From NCBI GenBank assembly GCA_965248355.1, contig OZ252098.1, positions 3,008,001 to 3,072,000 of the forward strand: DNA of 64,000 nucleotides. Direction: 5' to 3'. Position numbers and translations under genes: made by a program. The DNA comes from Candidatus Latescibacterota bacterium. Lineage in GTDB: Bacteria; Latescibacterota; UBA2968; UBA8231. Positions within the stretch are counted from its first letter, which is position 1; each line of letters begins with the position of its first letter. Below the pieces are notes generated by a model. That model was given only the letters and a program-made list of their open reading frames with translations, had not been told where the DNA came from and made no database searches. Positions 1 through 10,144 of the stretch are shown one piece after another.

Positions 1-492
1 CATGCCCGCCTTGCTGGCGGCGTAGGCATAGGACGAGGAAGCCCCGCGCACGCCGGCGCCGGAGGAGACCAGGAGCAGCACGGAACGGCCCGCCGCCCGC
101 AGCAGGGGAGCGGCGGAGCGTACCGTCAGGTAGGTGCCCTTGAGGTTGGTGTCGATGGTGACGTCCCACTCCTGCTCCGGCAGGTCGGAGATGCTCCGGT
201 AGGCGCCGTCGAGCACGCCGGCGCTGCACAGGAGCACGTCGACGCGGCCGTGGCGCTCGGCGATCTCGCGGAAGACGCCGGCCGTCCGCTCGCCGGAGCG
301 CACGTCGAGGGGGTGGAACTCGGCCCGCCCTCCGGCGGCGGTCACCCGCTCGACCGTGGACCGGCCCTCCTGCTCGTTGAGGTCGAGGATGACGCTCAGG
401 GCGCCGTCCGCGGCGAACCGCTCGGCGGCGGCGCCCCCGATGCCCGTGGCCCCGCCGGTGACCACGGCGACGCGGCCTTCCAGCCTACCCAC
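1..492 (-). CDS. Short-chain dehydrogenase/reductase (3' end runs off the window)
   Basis: Hand translation from GTG at 492 gives MGRLEGRVAVVTGGATGIGG (TGxxxGIG) and YAASK (YxxxK) near the window edge. The start overlaps the stop of the SGNH gene. Confidence 0.85.
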   Translation of the reverse strand, partial: MGRLEGRVAVVTGGATGIGGAAAERFAADGALSVILDLNEQEGRSTVERVTAAGGRAEFHPLDVRSGERTAGVFREIAERHGRVDVLLCSAGVLDGAYRSISDLPEQEWDVTIDTNLKGTYLTVRSAAPLLRAAGRSVLLLVSSGAGVRGASSSYAYAASKAGM

Positions 493-1081
493 CGGTGCTT
501 CCGGAAACGATGCCGGGCAGCCCGCGGACGAAGGCGGCCACCGCCTCACCGAGCAGCCGGCTGCCCTCGTCGGTAAAGTGGACGCCGTCGTCGCGCAGCA
601 GGGACTGCCGGCCGGCGGACTCGACCACGCCGAAGAGGTCGTTCACGGCCACCCCCGCGGCTTCGGCGGCCCCCAGGGCGGCCCGGTTGTAGGCCTCCAC
701 GTCGGCCTCGAAGCGGTCGAAGCTCTTGTTGCGGTGGTGGAGGACCTCGTCCACGGGGGTGATCGTGGCCCAGACGGGGCGGATGCCGGCGGCCTGGACG
801 CGCTCGAAGATGCGGGCCACGTTGCCGCCGTATTCCTCCAGCGGCACCCTGGCCTGGCCCGAGTCGAAGGGCGTCGCCAGGTCGTGGAGGCCGCAGTTGA
901 GGTGGGCCACGTCCGGCGGACGGTTCAGCACCCACTCGTCGAGATGGTCCAGGACGTTGCGCGAGTGTCCGCCGTTGGGCTCCGGCGCCCGGACGCGGAT
1001 CCCCGGCTCCAGCTCCCGCCGGACCGTCTCCTGATAGCCCCCGCGGATCGAGTCGCCGATGAGGACGAGTTCCGTGGTCAT
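485..1081 (-). CDS. SGNH/GDSL hydrolase family protein
   Basis: LIGDSI nucleophile block, NCGLHD block and DGVH catalytic motif. Confidence 0.85.
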   Translation of the reverse strand: MTTELVLIGDSIRGGYQETVRRELEPGIRVRAPEPNGGHSRNVLDHLDEWVLNRPPDVAHLNCGLHDLATPFDSGQARVPLEEYGGNVARIFERVQAAGIRPVWATITPVDEVLHHRNKSFDRFEADVEAYNRAALGAAEAAGVAVNDLFGVVESAGRQSLLRDDGVHFTDEGSRLLGEAVAAFVRGLPGIVSGSTGG

Positions 1082-1094
1082 GGGGTGGCCGCGC

Positions 1095-1565
1095 TCAGCG
1101 GCGCGGCTTCCACTCCTCGTGGTACTCCCAGTTGACCACCTGCTGCAGCGTCTCCAGCTCGCGGGTGCGCTCCTGCAGGGCGCTGCGGATGACGTCGCCG
1201 ATGGAGAGCAGGCCGATGAACTCGCCGTCCCGGTCGATGAGGAGGTGGCGCAGCCGCAGGCCGAGGAACTTGTCCATCAGCTCGTAGGCGGTATCGGTGT
1301 GGGGGGCGTACTTCAGCCCCCGGGTCATGTAGTCGCCGATACGGGCGGCGGCGGGGTCGAACTCCGGATCGATGGTGTTGCGCATCAGGTCGCGCTCGGT
1401 GTAGATGCCCACGAGGCGGCGGCCCTCCGCCACCAGGGTGGACCCGACCTTGTTCTCAACCATGAGGCGCAGGGCCTCCAGGATCGTCGCGTCCTCTCCC
1501 ACCGAGTAGAGCTCGCCGCCCTTCTCCTGCAGGATCTGCTCGGCCGTCTTCACGTCCTGCGCCAT
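1095..1565 (-). CDS. CBS domain pair protein
   Basis: Two CBS repeats (LVGIYTERD; IGLLSIGDV), 156 aa. Confidence 0.9.
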   Translation of the reverse strand: MAQDVKTAEQILQEKGGELYSVGEDATILEALRLMVENKVGSTLVAEGRRLVGIYTERDLMRNTIDPEFDPAAARIGDYMTRGLKYAPHTDTAYELMDKFLGLRLRHLLIDRDGEFIGLLSIGDVIRSALQERTRELETLQQVVNWEYHEEWKPRR

Positions 1566-1722
1566 GACAGGCTCTCTTTCCGGCGCTCGGCGCGCCTGAC
1601 GGGGGCGGGTCGGAGGGCGACCCGGGGGACCGCTCCAAAAGGACCACTCCGGGGCCGGTTCGAACCCCGGGAGGGCCGGGCAAGATACGAACTGCGCGGG
1701 CGGGTCCCACAGGCCGGGGTCC

Positions 1723-4700
1723 TCAGACGTTGCGCAGAAGGATCAGGTTCCGGTGGTCCCGCCGCAGGTCGAACTGGGCGCCCAGGACCTCGGCGAAGGG
1801 GCTGGCCGCCGCCGGCCCGCCGTCGATCGTCTCGATCTCCAGCTGGCGCACCGGCTGCCGGGCGCGGGTCAGGAGGTGGTCGAGGGGCGCCAGGTACTCG
1901 GGCAGGCGCGGGTCGTCGGGGGCGACGTGGAAGACCAGCCGCCGGCCGTTGCGCCTCGACTCGAGGACCAGCCGCGCCCCGTGGTAGACCAGGTGCGTGC
2001 CCGCCACCCGCCGGGGCAGGGAGGCGCGCAGGCCCTCCAGCCCGAGGCCGCAGGCGGAGGCCGGATCGGCCGCCGAAAGCCAGTACACGGCCTCCTGAGG
2101 CAGGCCGCGGGAGAGCAGGCGGAAGGCGCGGTGGCTGGCGAACTGGGGCCCCGGCACGCCCTCGAAGAAGTGTCCGGCGAGGATCTCGCCCGACAGCTCC
2201 ATCAGCCGCAGGGCGCGGAAGAGCCCCTTCCACCGCAGGGCCGGCAGTTCGCGCTGCAGCAGCTCCCGGAAGAGCACGCCGTAGCGGTCGAGAAGCAGGC
2301 GCACGCGGTCCTTGTTGCGCTCCTCCTCCTCCAGCGGGTCCCCGGCCGGCTGCGGCTGCGGCAACAGCTGCCAGCTTCCGGGGTAGACGGCCGATCCCCG
2401 CCAGCGCCCGGCGGCCCGGCGCGACAGGCGGCCCCCCCGCGAACCGGGGCCGCGGAATTCGCCGCGGAGTCCGCCGCCCGGGCGGGAGTCCTCGATGGGG
2501 GCGGTCTCGGGCGGGCGGAAGCCGGTGTCCAGGCCGCGGCGCACGGCGGCGAAGGAATCGTTGCCGACGCGGCCGCACCAGGCGCCGTCCCACAGGGCCG
2601 CGGCCAGGGAGGCGGCGTCGCGACCGGCCACCTCCTGGAGGGTGGGGAAGTCGTAGCGGCCGTGGGGGTCGGGGAAGAGGGTGTCCACGCCGTTGCCGGG
2701 GCCGGCCGGCTCCTCCTCCTCTTCAGGGGACGGTCCGGAGAGCAGGTCGAGATCGTGCTCGAAGCAGAAGGTCAGGCGCTCGCGGCCGCAGCCGACCCAG
2801 CGCAGGCCGCTCTCCTGCAGGACCCCGTCGAGCAGCGAGGTCTGGTAGGAGCGCAGGCGCGCCGGCAGGATCTCGGTCTCCCACAGGGCGGCGGGGGCGC
2901 CGTAGCCGAGGAGGGGCTCCAGGCGGCGGCGCAGGGCCTCGGGCGTATCCCCGGGCTCGTGGAGGCCGTGGAAGACGGCCAGGAAGAGGGGCAGCTGGTC
3001 CACGGGCAGGGCCTGGAAGGCCGGCGTCGCGGCGGCCCGGGCCATGCGCAGCAGGGACTCGAGGTTCTCCGCCTCGCAGACCTGGTCCCGCTCCGCCCCC
3101 TCCACCAGGGGACCGACGACGACGGCCTGCTCGCCGGCCAGGTCGTCGAGCACGGACGGCAGGAGGTGGTCACCGAGGCCCAGGGTCCCCGCCAGCCGCC
3201 TGCAGTCGACCGGGCCGTAGTAGGAAAGCCAGCCGGCGACGGCGGCCTCGAGGGCGGGCTCATCCTGGACAGGCTCTTCGTCCCCGTCGCCGCGGGGGGT
3301 CTCGATCTCGAGGACCGCGCTGTCGAGGGCGGGCTCCTCCCGTGCGTCGCCGTCCCCGCCGCCTCCGCCGGTGTCGATCTCCAGGCCCGACTCCTCCGGC
3401 TCTTCGGCGCCCCCGTCGGCGCCCCTGTCGCCGCCACCGTCGCCGCCACCGTCGATCTCCGGCCCCCGCTCCTCCCGCCCATCTTCGGAGTTCCCTCCGC
3501 CTCCGCCGCCCTCGATCTCCAGTGCGGCGCCGTCCAGAGTCGTCACCCGCGCCGCGGGCCACCACGGAAACACGGCGAGCCGGTCCAGGGCCTGGCGGGC
3601 GGCGACCACCGGTTCGGCCAGGGCTCCGGCCTCGATGCGCACAAGCCGCCCATTCCATGCGCCCCCCTCCTCGATCCATCCCTCCTCCCCGGCGTCGTCC
3701 GAGTCCCGCGCCGCGGCGCCGAGCAGGGCCTCCCATTCGCTCCACGGGATCAGCAGCCGCTCGTCGACCCAGTCGACCAGTTCGCGCGCCTCGGACGGCG
3801 CGTACCCCGGATGCAGGCGCTGGCGCTTCTCCTCGAAACGGCGCACCACCTGACCCGGGAGGGCCGGCCGCAGGTCCGGGGTGAAGACGACCTCGCGCAA
3901 CAGGTCCGAACGCAGCTCCGAGGTCCGCCGGCCGGGGGCCTCGTCGCCCATGTACATGTACTGGTTGACCTGTCCCCAGGCGACGGAGCGGGAGAAGGGG
4001 CTGGGCCGGCTGGTGCGGCACTCCGACCACTCGATGGCGCCGGACTCGAGCTCGGAGAGCACGAGGCGCAGGGCCGTCAGGTCGAAGCCGTCCTGCAGGC
4101 AGGTGCGCCAGGCCTCGACGAGGATGGGGAAGTCCTCGTAGCGCATGACGGCGTCGAGCAGCCGCTGTGAGCGCAGGCGGCTCAGCCACAGGGGCATCCG
4201 TTCCGTCAGGCTGCGCCGCGTCAGCAGCAGGGCGCGCTGGGCGCACTCGCGGAAGCGGGCCCCGAAGTAGCCGGAGGCCTCCAGCCGCCGGCGCAGCAGC
4301 TCCTCCACGCGGCCGGAGGTGACCAGACTGAGGATCTCCTCGGAGCCGGTCTCTCCTGGCAGGACGAGGACGATGCAGTCGTTGGACGGGTAGACCTCGA
4401 TGCGGCCGCCGAAGCGCTCGTCCCAGGCGGCGTCGAGGGCCAGCGAGAAGGGCTGGTTGACGCGCCCGCCCCAGAACGTGTGCAGGACCACCTGGCTGCC
4501 CATGTGGCCCCCCGGCGCCGAGGCCACGTGCTCCACCAGCAGGTGATGGCGGTGGGGCAGGGGGGCGCCGGTGACCTCGCGCTGGCGGCGCAGGAAGTCG
4601 AGCAGCTGGCCGGCGGCGGTGTCGTCCATGTGGTGCCGCTCGGTGAGCCGCTGCCGGAAGGCGGGCGTCTCGAGGCTGGTCTCGGCCTCCTCGAGGAAGC

Positions 4701-6477
4701 TGCCGATGGCGCTGGAGAAGTGGAAGTCGCGGTTGGCGCCCTCCCCCTTCCAGAAGGGCAGGTCCACGGTCCGGGCCGGCGCCGGGGTCACGAAGACGTC
4801 GTTGTGGGTGATCCTGCGGATCGTCCAGTTCTGCGTGCCCAGGGTGAAGGACTGGCCCTCGGAAGACTCCCACACGAACTCCTCGTCCAACTCCCCCAGC
4901 TTCGCTCCGGAGTCCTCCAGGCGCAGGTTGAAGAGGCCGCGGTCGGGGATCGTGCCGCCGGACATGTAGAGCTGGCGCAGGGCCCCCTTGCGCGCCTCCA
5001 CCGTGTTGTCGAGGCGGTCCACGGTCAGGCGAGGCCGCAGGTCGCGCACGCGGCTGCCGGCGTAGCGGCCGGCGAGCATGTCCACGACGAGGTCGAACTG
5101 CCGGCGGCCCAGGTGCCGGTAGGGGAAGCTGGCGCGGACCTCGTCGTAGAGCTCGTCCAGGTCCCAGCTCTCGGTGCCGGCCATGGAGACCAGCACCTGG
5201 GCCAGGACATCGAGGGCGCCGGTGACGGGTTGGATCTCCTCGATGTCGTGAGCGTCGATCTGCGCCGCCAGCACCGCCGCCTCGAGGAAGTCGTGGCCGT
5301 GGGTGGGATAGAGGGTGGCCTTGCTCACCTCGCCGACCTGGTGGCCGGCGCGGCCGGCGCGCTGCACGGCGGAGGAGACCGATGGCGGCGACTGCACGAG
5401 GACGACCTCGTCCAGGGCGCCGATGTCGATGCCCATCTCCAGGGAGTTGGTGGCCACGATCGCCTTCAGCCCGCCCTCCTTCAGGCGGCGCTCCACGACC
5501 TCGCGGATCTCGCGCGACAGGGAGCCGTGATGGGCGTAGGCCAGGGGCTGCTCGCGGCCCTCGTTGAGGAAGCGGGTGATCTTCTCGCACAGGCGGCGGG
5601 CGTTGACGAAGAGCAGGGTCGAGCGGTTGCCGGCGATGATCTGTTCGAAGGCCTCGGCCATGGCCGGCCAGATCGAGTCGTCCTGATTCTCACCCTCGGC
5701 GTCGGCGGCCTCCGGGAAGCGCACGGAGACGTCGTAGCGCTTGGAGGCCGAGGAGCGCAGCACGGCCACCGGCCGCGGCTCGTAGCGCTCGCCCGGCAGG
5801 CGCCGGAAGCCGCCCACGAAGGCCGCCACCCGGTCCAGGGGTCGGACCGTGGCCGACAGGGAGAGGCGCTGGAACTCACCCGACAGGCGCACGAGGCGCT
5901 CCACGGCGGTGATCAGGTGGACGCCGCGCTTGCTGCCGACCACGGCGTGGATCTCGTCGAGGATGACGCATTGCAGGCCGGTGAGCAGGCCGCGCCCGCC
6001 CCCGGAGGAGAGCAGCAGGTTGAGGGACTCCGGGGTGGTGATCAGGATCTCCGGCGGCTGCCGCAGCATGCGGCGCCGGTCCTCCGGCGGCGTGTCCCCG
6101 GAGCGGGTGAGGGCGCGGATGGAGGGGAAGGGCTCGCCGGCGGCCCCGAAGCGCTGCCGCAGCTCCTCCAGCGGCCCCAGGAGGTTGCGCTGGATGTCGT
6201 TGTTGAGCGCCTTCAGGGGGGAGACGTAGAGGACGCTGGTGGCGCCCTCCGGCCAGTCGCCGCGGACCAGCCGGTCGAGGGCCCACAGGAAGGCGGTCAG
6301 GGTCTTGCCGGAGCCGGTGGGCGCGGTGACCAGCAGGTGCTCGCCGGCGGCGATCCGCGGCCAGGCGGCGGCCTGCACGTCGGTGGGGGTGCCGACGCGC
6401 TCGGCGAACCACCGGCGCACGAGGGGATGGAACAGCTCGAGGGCGTCCTCCGCCCCCGGCGGCGCGGCGGTGCTCAC
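1723..6477 (-). CDS. lhr: Lhr-family ATP-dependent helicase, long form with C-terminal extension
   Basis: APTGSGKT, YVSPLKALNNDI, DEIH, HHGSLS, ATNSLEMGID and QRAGRAGH motifs, plus a C-terminal LLDRYGVL...GPQFA segment. GTG start at 6477 overlaps the upstream stop (GTGA). Confidence 0.9.
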   Translation of the reverse strand: MSTAAPPGAEDALELFHPLVRRWFAERVGTPTDVQAAAWPRIAAGEHLLVTAPTGSGKTLTAFLWALDRLVRGDWPEGATSVLYVSPLKALNNDIQRNLLGPLEELRQRFGAAGEPFPSIRALTRSGDTPPEDRRRMLRQPPEILITTPESLNLLLSSGGGRGLLTGLQCVILDEIHAVVGSKRGVHLITAVERLVRLSGEFQRLSLSATVRPLDRVAAFVGGFRRLPGERYEPRPVAVLRSSASKRYDVSVRFPEAADAEGENQDDSIWPAMAEAFEQIIAGNRSTLLFVNARRLCEKITRFLNEGREQPLAYAHHGSLSREIREVVERRLKEGGLKAIVATNSLEMGIDIGALDEVVLVQSPPSVSSAVQRAGRAGHQVGEVSKATLYPTHGHDFLEAAVLAAQIDAHDIEEIQPVTGALDVLAQVLVSMAGTESWDLDELYDEVRASFPYRHLGRRQFDLVVDMLAGRYAGSRVRDLRPRLTVDRLDNTVEARKGALRQLYMSGGTIPDRGLFNLRLEDSGAKLGELDEEFVWESSEGQSFTLGTQNWTIRRITHNDVFVTPAPARTVDLPFWKGEGANRDFHFSSAIGSFLEEAETSLETPAFRQRLTERHHMDDTAAGQLLDFLRRQREVTGAPLPHRHHLLVEHVASAPGGHMGSQVVLHTFWGGRVNQPFSLALDAAWDERFGGRIEVYPSNDCIVLVLPGETGSEEILSLVTSGRVEELLRRRLEASGYFGARFRECAQRALLLTRRSLTERMPLWLSRLRSQRLLDAVMRYEDFPILVEAWRTCLQDGFDLTALRLVLSELESGAIEWSECRTSRPSPFSRSVAWGQVNQYMYMGDEAPGRRTSELRSDLLREVVFTPDLRPALPGQVVRRFEEKRQRLHPGYAPSEARELVDWVDERLLIPWSEWEALLGAAARDSDDAGEEGWIEEGGAWNGRLVRIEAGALAEPVVAARQALDRLAVFPWWPAARVTTLDGAALEIEGGGGGGNSEDGREERGPEIDGGGDGGGDRGADGGAEEPEESGLEIDTGGGGGDGDAREEPALDSAVLEIETPRGDGDEEPVQDEPALEAAVAGWLSYYGPVDCRRLAGTLGLGDHLLPSVLDDLAGEQAVVVGPLVEGAERDQVCEAENLESLLRMARAAATPAFQALPVDQLPLFLAVFHGLHEPGDTPEALRRRLEPLLGYGAPAALWETEILPARLRSYQTSLLDGVLQESGLRWVGCGRERLTFCFEHDLDLLSGPSPEEEEEPAGPGNGVDTLFPDPHGRYDFPTLQEVAGRDAASLAAALWDGAWCGRVGNDSFAAVRRGLDTGFRPPETAPIEDSRPGGGLRGEFRGPGSRGGRLSRRAAGRWRGSAVYPGSWQLLPQPQPAGDPLEEEERNKDRVRLLLDRYGVLFRELLQRELPALRWKGLFRALRLMELSGEILAGHFFEGVPGPQFASHRAFRLLSRGLPQEAVYWLSAADPASACGLGLEGLRASLPRRVAGTHLVYHGARLVLESRRNGRRLVFHVAPDDPRLPEYLAPLDHLLTRARQPVRQLEIETIDGGPAAASPFAEVLGAQFDLRRDHRNLILLRNV

Positions 6478-7313
6478 GGGGCCGTCAGGCGCGCCGCCTC
6501 GACGACGGCGCGGAACTCGTCCATGCCGGTGCCCACGCCCCGCACCCAGCGGTTGATCCACTCCTTCATCGCCACCGTGACATCGTGCTCGCGCTCCGGC
6601 TCGCCCTTCTCCCACGGGGCCACCGGCCACACGGCGTGCCCCTGCTTGTCGCACAACTGATGGCGCCGGTCGTTCAGCTTCAGCCGCAGGCGCCTGCGGT
6701 CCAGCCACTGCGGCGTGAGGCGCGGCTGGAAGGTGGCGGCGCCGGTGCCGTCGTGGCACTCGAAGAGCCAGGCTTCGACATCGCTGCCGGGGAGCGCCAG
6801 CGGCTCCCAGCGCCGCGCCTGGTGCAGGAAGCGGGAGTCGTACACGGTCATCTCGAAGCGCATCCGCGGCGCCCGGGCCAACCCCAGGTGATGGGCGAAG
6901 GCCCCGCCGTACCCGGGCACGCAGCCCTCGAAGGACTCGCCCCACAGCTCGGAGGTCGCCGCCGCCGGGTCGAGGGCGAGATCGTGGCGGCGCAGGTGCT
7001 CCAGGAGTTCGTCCTTCAGGCGCCGGTAGTACTCGGTCAGATCGCCGCTCTCGGGGAAGGGACTCTGCAGCAGCAGGGCGCCGCCCTCGCCGAGGGAGTC
7101 CGCCGCGGCGCCCCGCAGGCAGGCCGGCCCGCCGAGCTGCGCGAAGAGGGTGCCCTCGCCCCGTTCGGCGAGGTCGGTCAGCCAGCGCGCCTTCACCTCC
7201 TCCTCCCGCTCGAGGAAGAGCCGCAGGCCCTCCCGCCGGATGCGCTCCGCCTCGAGCGGCTCGTAGCAGCACGGATGGACGAGGAAGATCAGGTGCTCCA
7301 CGGGCACGGGCAT
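6474..7313 (-). CDS. Hypothetical protein, possible cysteine-hydrolase-like fold, coupled to lhr
   Basis: ATG at 7313 (MPVPVEHLIFLVHPCCYE), host-like codon use, WGESFEGCV motif. Confidence 0.65.
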   Translation of the reverse strand: MPVPVEHLIFLVHPCCYEPLEAERIRREGLRLFLEREEEVKARWLTDLAERGEGTLFAQLGGPACLRGAAADSLGEGGALLLQSPFPESGDLTEYYRRLKDELLEHLRRHDLALDPAAATSELWGESFEGCVPGYGGAFAHHLGLARAPRMRFEMTVYDSRFLHQARRWEPLALPGSDVEAWLFECHDGTGAATFQPRLTPQWLDRRRLRLKLNDRRHQLCDKQGHAVWPVAPWEKGEPEREHDVTVAMKEWINRWVRGVGTGMDEFRAVVEAARLTAP

Positions 7314-7400
7314 GCGGGCTCCGGGATGACTCGGCGGCGGGGGTGAAGGGTCTCCAGATGCTATTGCCACGGTGGAACCGCCGCCACAGCTTGAAGCCCC

Positions 7401-8864
7401 ATGTCGACGACGTTCGTGCCCACGCCCACGTCGGTGCTGCGCATCGGTCACGCCCATGGCGACATGACGCCGCCGGTGGGCATCTACCACCGCATGTGGG
7501 GCGCCGCCCGCCACGACCGGGCCACCGGCGTGCACCGGCCCCTGCAGGCGGACGTGCTGGTCCTGGAGCCCGTGGGACGCCCGGAGGAGCGAATCCTGCG
7601 CGTGCAGCTCGACCTCGTGCTGCTCACCGACGAACAGACCGACGAGGTGGTGGCGGACCTGGTGAGAGCCGGCGTCGACCGGGACCGCGTCCTCGTAACC
7701 TTCTCCCACTCCCATGCCGCCGGCTTCTTCCTGCCCGACCGCATCCCCCTGCCCGGAGGCGAGCACATCGAGCCCTACCTGGCCGGGCTCAAGGGAACCC
7801 TCGGCTCCCTCGCGCGGGAAGCCCTGGAGAATCTGGAGGAGTCCGTGGTCAGCTACGCCGCGGGCCGCTGCAGCATGGCCGCCAACCGCGACTATCATGA
7901 CGAGGAGCGCGGCCTCCGGGTCACCGGCTTCAACCCCGGCGAGGCCGCCGAAGACCTGGTGCTCGCGGCCCGGGTCACCGCCGCCGACGGCACCCCCCGC
8001 CTGCACCTCGTCCACTACGCCTGCCACCCCACGACTCTATCCTGGGACAACAGCCTCCTGAGCCCCGACTTCGTCGGCGCCGCCCGCCAGGTGGTCAGCG
8101 ACCACACGGGCACACCCTGCGTCTACCTGCAGGGCCCCTGCGGCGAGCTGGGGCCCCGCGACGGCTTCACCGGCGACACCGAGGTGGCCGACCGCAACGG
8201 CCGCCAACTGGGCTTCGCCGCCCTGTCGGCCCTCGCCGGCCTGGGTCCGCCCGGCCACGACTTCGCCTACCAGGGGCCGGTGCTCTCCGGCGCCACCATC
8301 GGCACCTGGGCGTGGATGCCCATGGACGGTCCCCGCGCCGGGGCGGTGCGCCGCTGGTCCGGAGGCCGCTTCGAGATCGACCTGCCCCTCAAGCCGCTGC
8401 CCGACGCAGATCAGCTGCGGGAGGACCTCGACCGCCACACGCGCGAACAGGCCCGAGCCGACTCCGCCGGCGATGCCCTGGCCGCGCGCGACGCCGGTGC
8501 CCGCGCCGAACGCTGCCGCCGATGGCTGCGGCGCCTCGCCGAGCTGCCGCCCGGCGACCGCTGTCCCTACCGGTTCTCGGTCCACGAGATAGGCGACGCC
8601 ATCTGGATCACCTGTGCCGCCGAGCCCTACAGCCTGCTGGCCGGCGAGCTGCGGCGGCGCTTCCCGGACCGGACCGTGCTCGTCATACCCATGGCCGGGG
8701 ACCCACAGCTGGCCTACCTGCTGCCGCGGGACCGCTACGGCCTGGGGCTCTACCAGGAGGAGCCCTCGTGCCTGGCGCCCGGCTGCCTGGAGGCGGTCCT
8801 GGAGGCGATGACCGAGGCCGTGGAAGAGCTCACCGGCGCGGGGGCGGCCCGGCAGGGCGGATAG
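7401..8864 (+). CDS. Neutral/alkaline ceramidase-like protein
   Basis: DMTPPVG, FSHSHA, HYACHPT and YLQGPCGE motifs. Confidence 0.7.
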   Translation: MSTTFVPTPTSVLRIGHAHGDMTPPVGIYHRMWGAARHDRATGVHRPLQADVLVLEPVGRPEERILRVQLDLVLLTDEQTDEVVADLVRAGVDRDRVLVTFSHSHAAGFFLPDRIPLPGGEHIEPYLAGLKGTLGSLAREALENLEESVVSYAAGRCSMAANRDYHDEERGLRVTGFNPGEAAEDLVLAARVTAADGTPRLHLVHYACHPTTLSWDNSLLSPDFVGAARQVVSDHTGTPCVYLQGPCGELGPRDGFTGDTEVADRNGRQLGFAALSALAGLGPPGHDFAYQGPVLSGATIGTWAWMPMDGPRAGAVRRWSGGRFEIDLPLKPLPDADQLREDLDRHTREQARADSAGDALAARDAGARAERCRRWLRRLAELPPGDRCPYRFSVHEIGDAIWITCAAEPYSLLAGELRRRFPDRTVLVIPMAGDPQLAYLLPRDRYGLGLYQEEPSCLAPGCLEAVLEAMTEAVEELTGAGAARQGG

Positions 8865-8986
8865 GGCCGGCCGCGTTCCGGACCCTTGCCCGCCGGGGCG
8901 CGGCCGGGCCACCAGCTCCCGGTCCTCCCGACAATAGAGCCCGTCCGGCGGGCCGTCGCCGGCGCACCACAAGGAGGAGGAGGCCT

Positions 8987-10129
8987 GTGAACCTCGAGGA
9001 GATCCGCGCCCACTACCCCGGCCTGGGCCGGGGGATCCAGCTCAACACCGGCGGCGTCGGGCTGCCGTCCAAGGAGGTGCACGCGGCGGTCCAGGCCGGA
9101 TTCGACCAGCTCTACGAGGAGCACGTCCCCCCCATCGAGTGGTATACCCTGACCCGCCAGGCGGCCGACGCGGCGCGGGCCAGGCTGGCCGCCTTCCTCG
9201 GAGCGCAGGAGAGCGAGATCACCCTCACCGTGAGCACGGCGGACGGCCTCGCCGCCGTCATCGGCGGCATGTCCTGGGAGCCGGGCGACGAGGTGCTGAT
9301 CACCAGCGAGGAGCACCCCGTGCCGCACCAGGCCGTGCTCGGACTCCAGGAGCGGTACGGCGTCGTCTTCAAGGCCGTGGAGATCGACCCCGACCCCGCC
9401 GTCGTCCTGGAGCGCACCCGGCAGGCCCTGACCCCGCGCACCCGCCTGATCTGCATGAGCCACGTCACCACCGACACCGGCCTGGTGGTGCCGGCGCCGG
9501 AGATCAGCCGGCTGGCCCGGGAGCGGGGCGTCCCCACCCTGTGGGACGGCTGCCAGGCCGTGGCCCAGATCCCCGTGAACCTGCGCGAGATGGGCTGCGA
9601 CTACTACGCCTCGAACTGCTACAAGTGGATGCTCGGCCCCGTGGGGACCGGCTTCCTCTACGTCAGCGAGGAGGCGCAGCAGAGCTTGAAGCCCCTCCTC
9701 CGTCCCCACGATCCCGAGGCCGGCGCCGCCCAGTACGGCCTGAGTACCCCCGCCTACGCCCTCTACGCCGGCGTGGCGGCAACCATCGACTACATGGAGA
9801 GCATCGGCGGCGTGGAGGCGATCCAGCGGGAGTCCGCCCGCAAGGCGGAGGCCCTGAAGGCGAGCCTCGACGCCGTCCCCGGCGTCCTCGTCCTCAGCTC
9901 ACGGCGCCCCGACTCCCAGACCGGCACCGTGACCTTCGCCATCGAAGGCGTAGACGGCGGCCAAGTGTCGACGGCGCTCAAGGACCGCTGGCAGATCGTG
10001 CAGCGGGCCACCTACCTGACCGACCCGAGCGGCGTCCGCATCTCGGTTGCGTTCTACATCAGCGAGGAGGAGCTGGAGGTCCTGGTGGAGGCGGTGAGGG
10101 TGCTGGCGGCGGAGGCGGGGTGGGGGTGA
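8987..10129 (+). CDS. Class V PLP-dependent aminotransferase (cysteine desulfurase/isopenicillin N epimerase-like)
   Basis: GTG at 8987 after AGGAGGAGG. SEEHP, SHVT, DGCQAV and NCYKWMLGP (PLP lysine). Confidence 0.85.
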   Translation: MNLEEIRAHYPGLGRGIQLNTGGVGLPSKEVHAAVQAGFDQLYEEHVPPIEWYTLTRQAADAARARLAAFLGAQESEITLTVSTADGLAAVIGGMSWEPGDEVLITSEEHPVPHQAVLGLQERYGVVFKAVEIDPDPAVVLERTRQALTPRTRLICMSHVTTDTGLVVPAPEISRLARERGVPTLWDGCQAVAQIPVNLREMGCDYYASNCYKWMLGPVGTGFLYVSEEAQQSLKPLLRPHDPEAGAAQYGLSTPAYALYAGVAATIDYMESIGGVEAIQRESARKAEALKASLDAVPGVLVLSSRRPDSQTGTVTFAIEGVDGGQVSTALKDRWQIVQRATYLTDPSGVRISVAFYISEEELEVLVEAVRVLAAEAGWG

Positions 10130-10144
10130 GGGAGGAGGGGTGAG

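Noticed and set aside
1649..1671. ggttcgaacccc resembling a tRNA T-arm
   Set aside because: No acceptor, D or anticodon arms can be built around it. It is probably a simple GC hairpin.
6478..7272. N-terminal 265-aa extension of Lhr in the ORF track
   Set aside because: It overlaps the real upstream gene in another frame. Lhr similarity begins only after GTG 6477.
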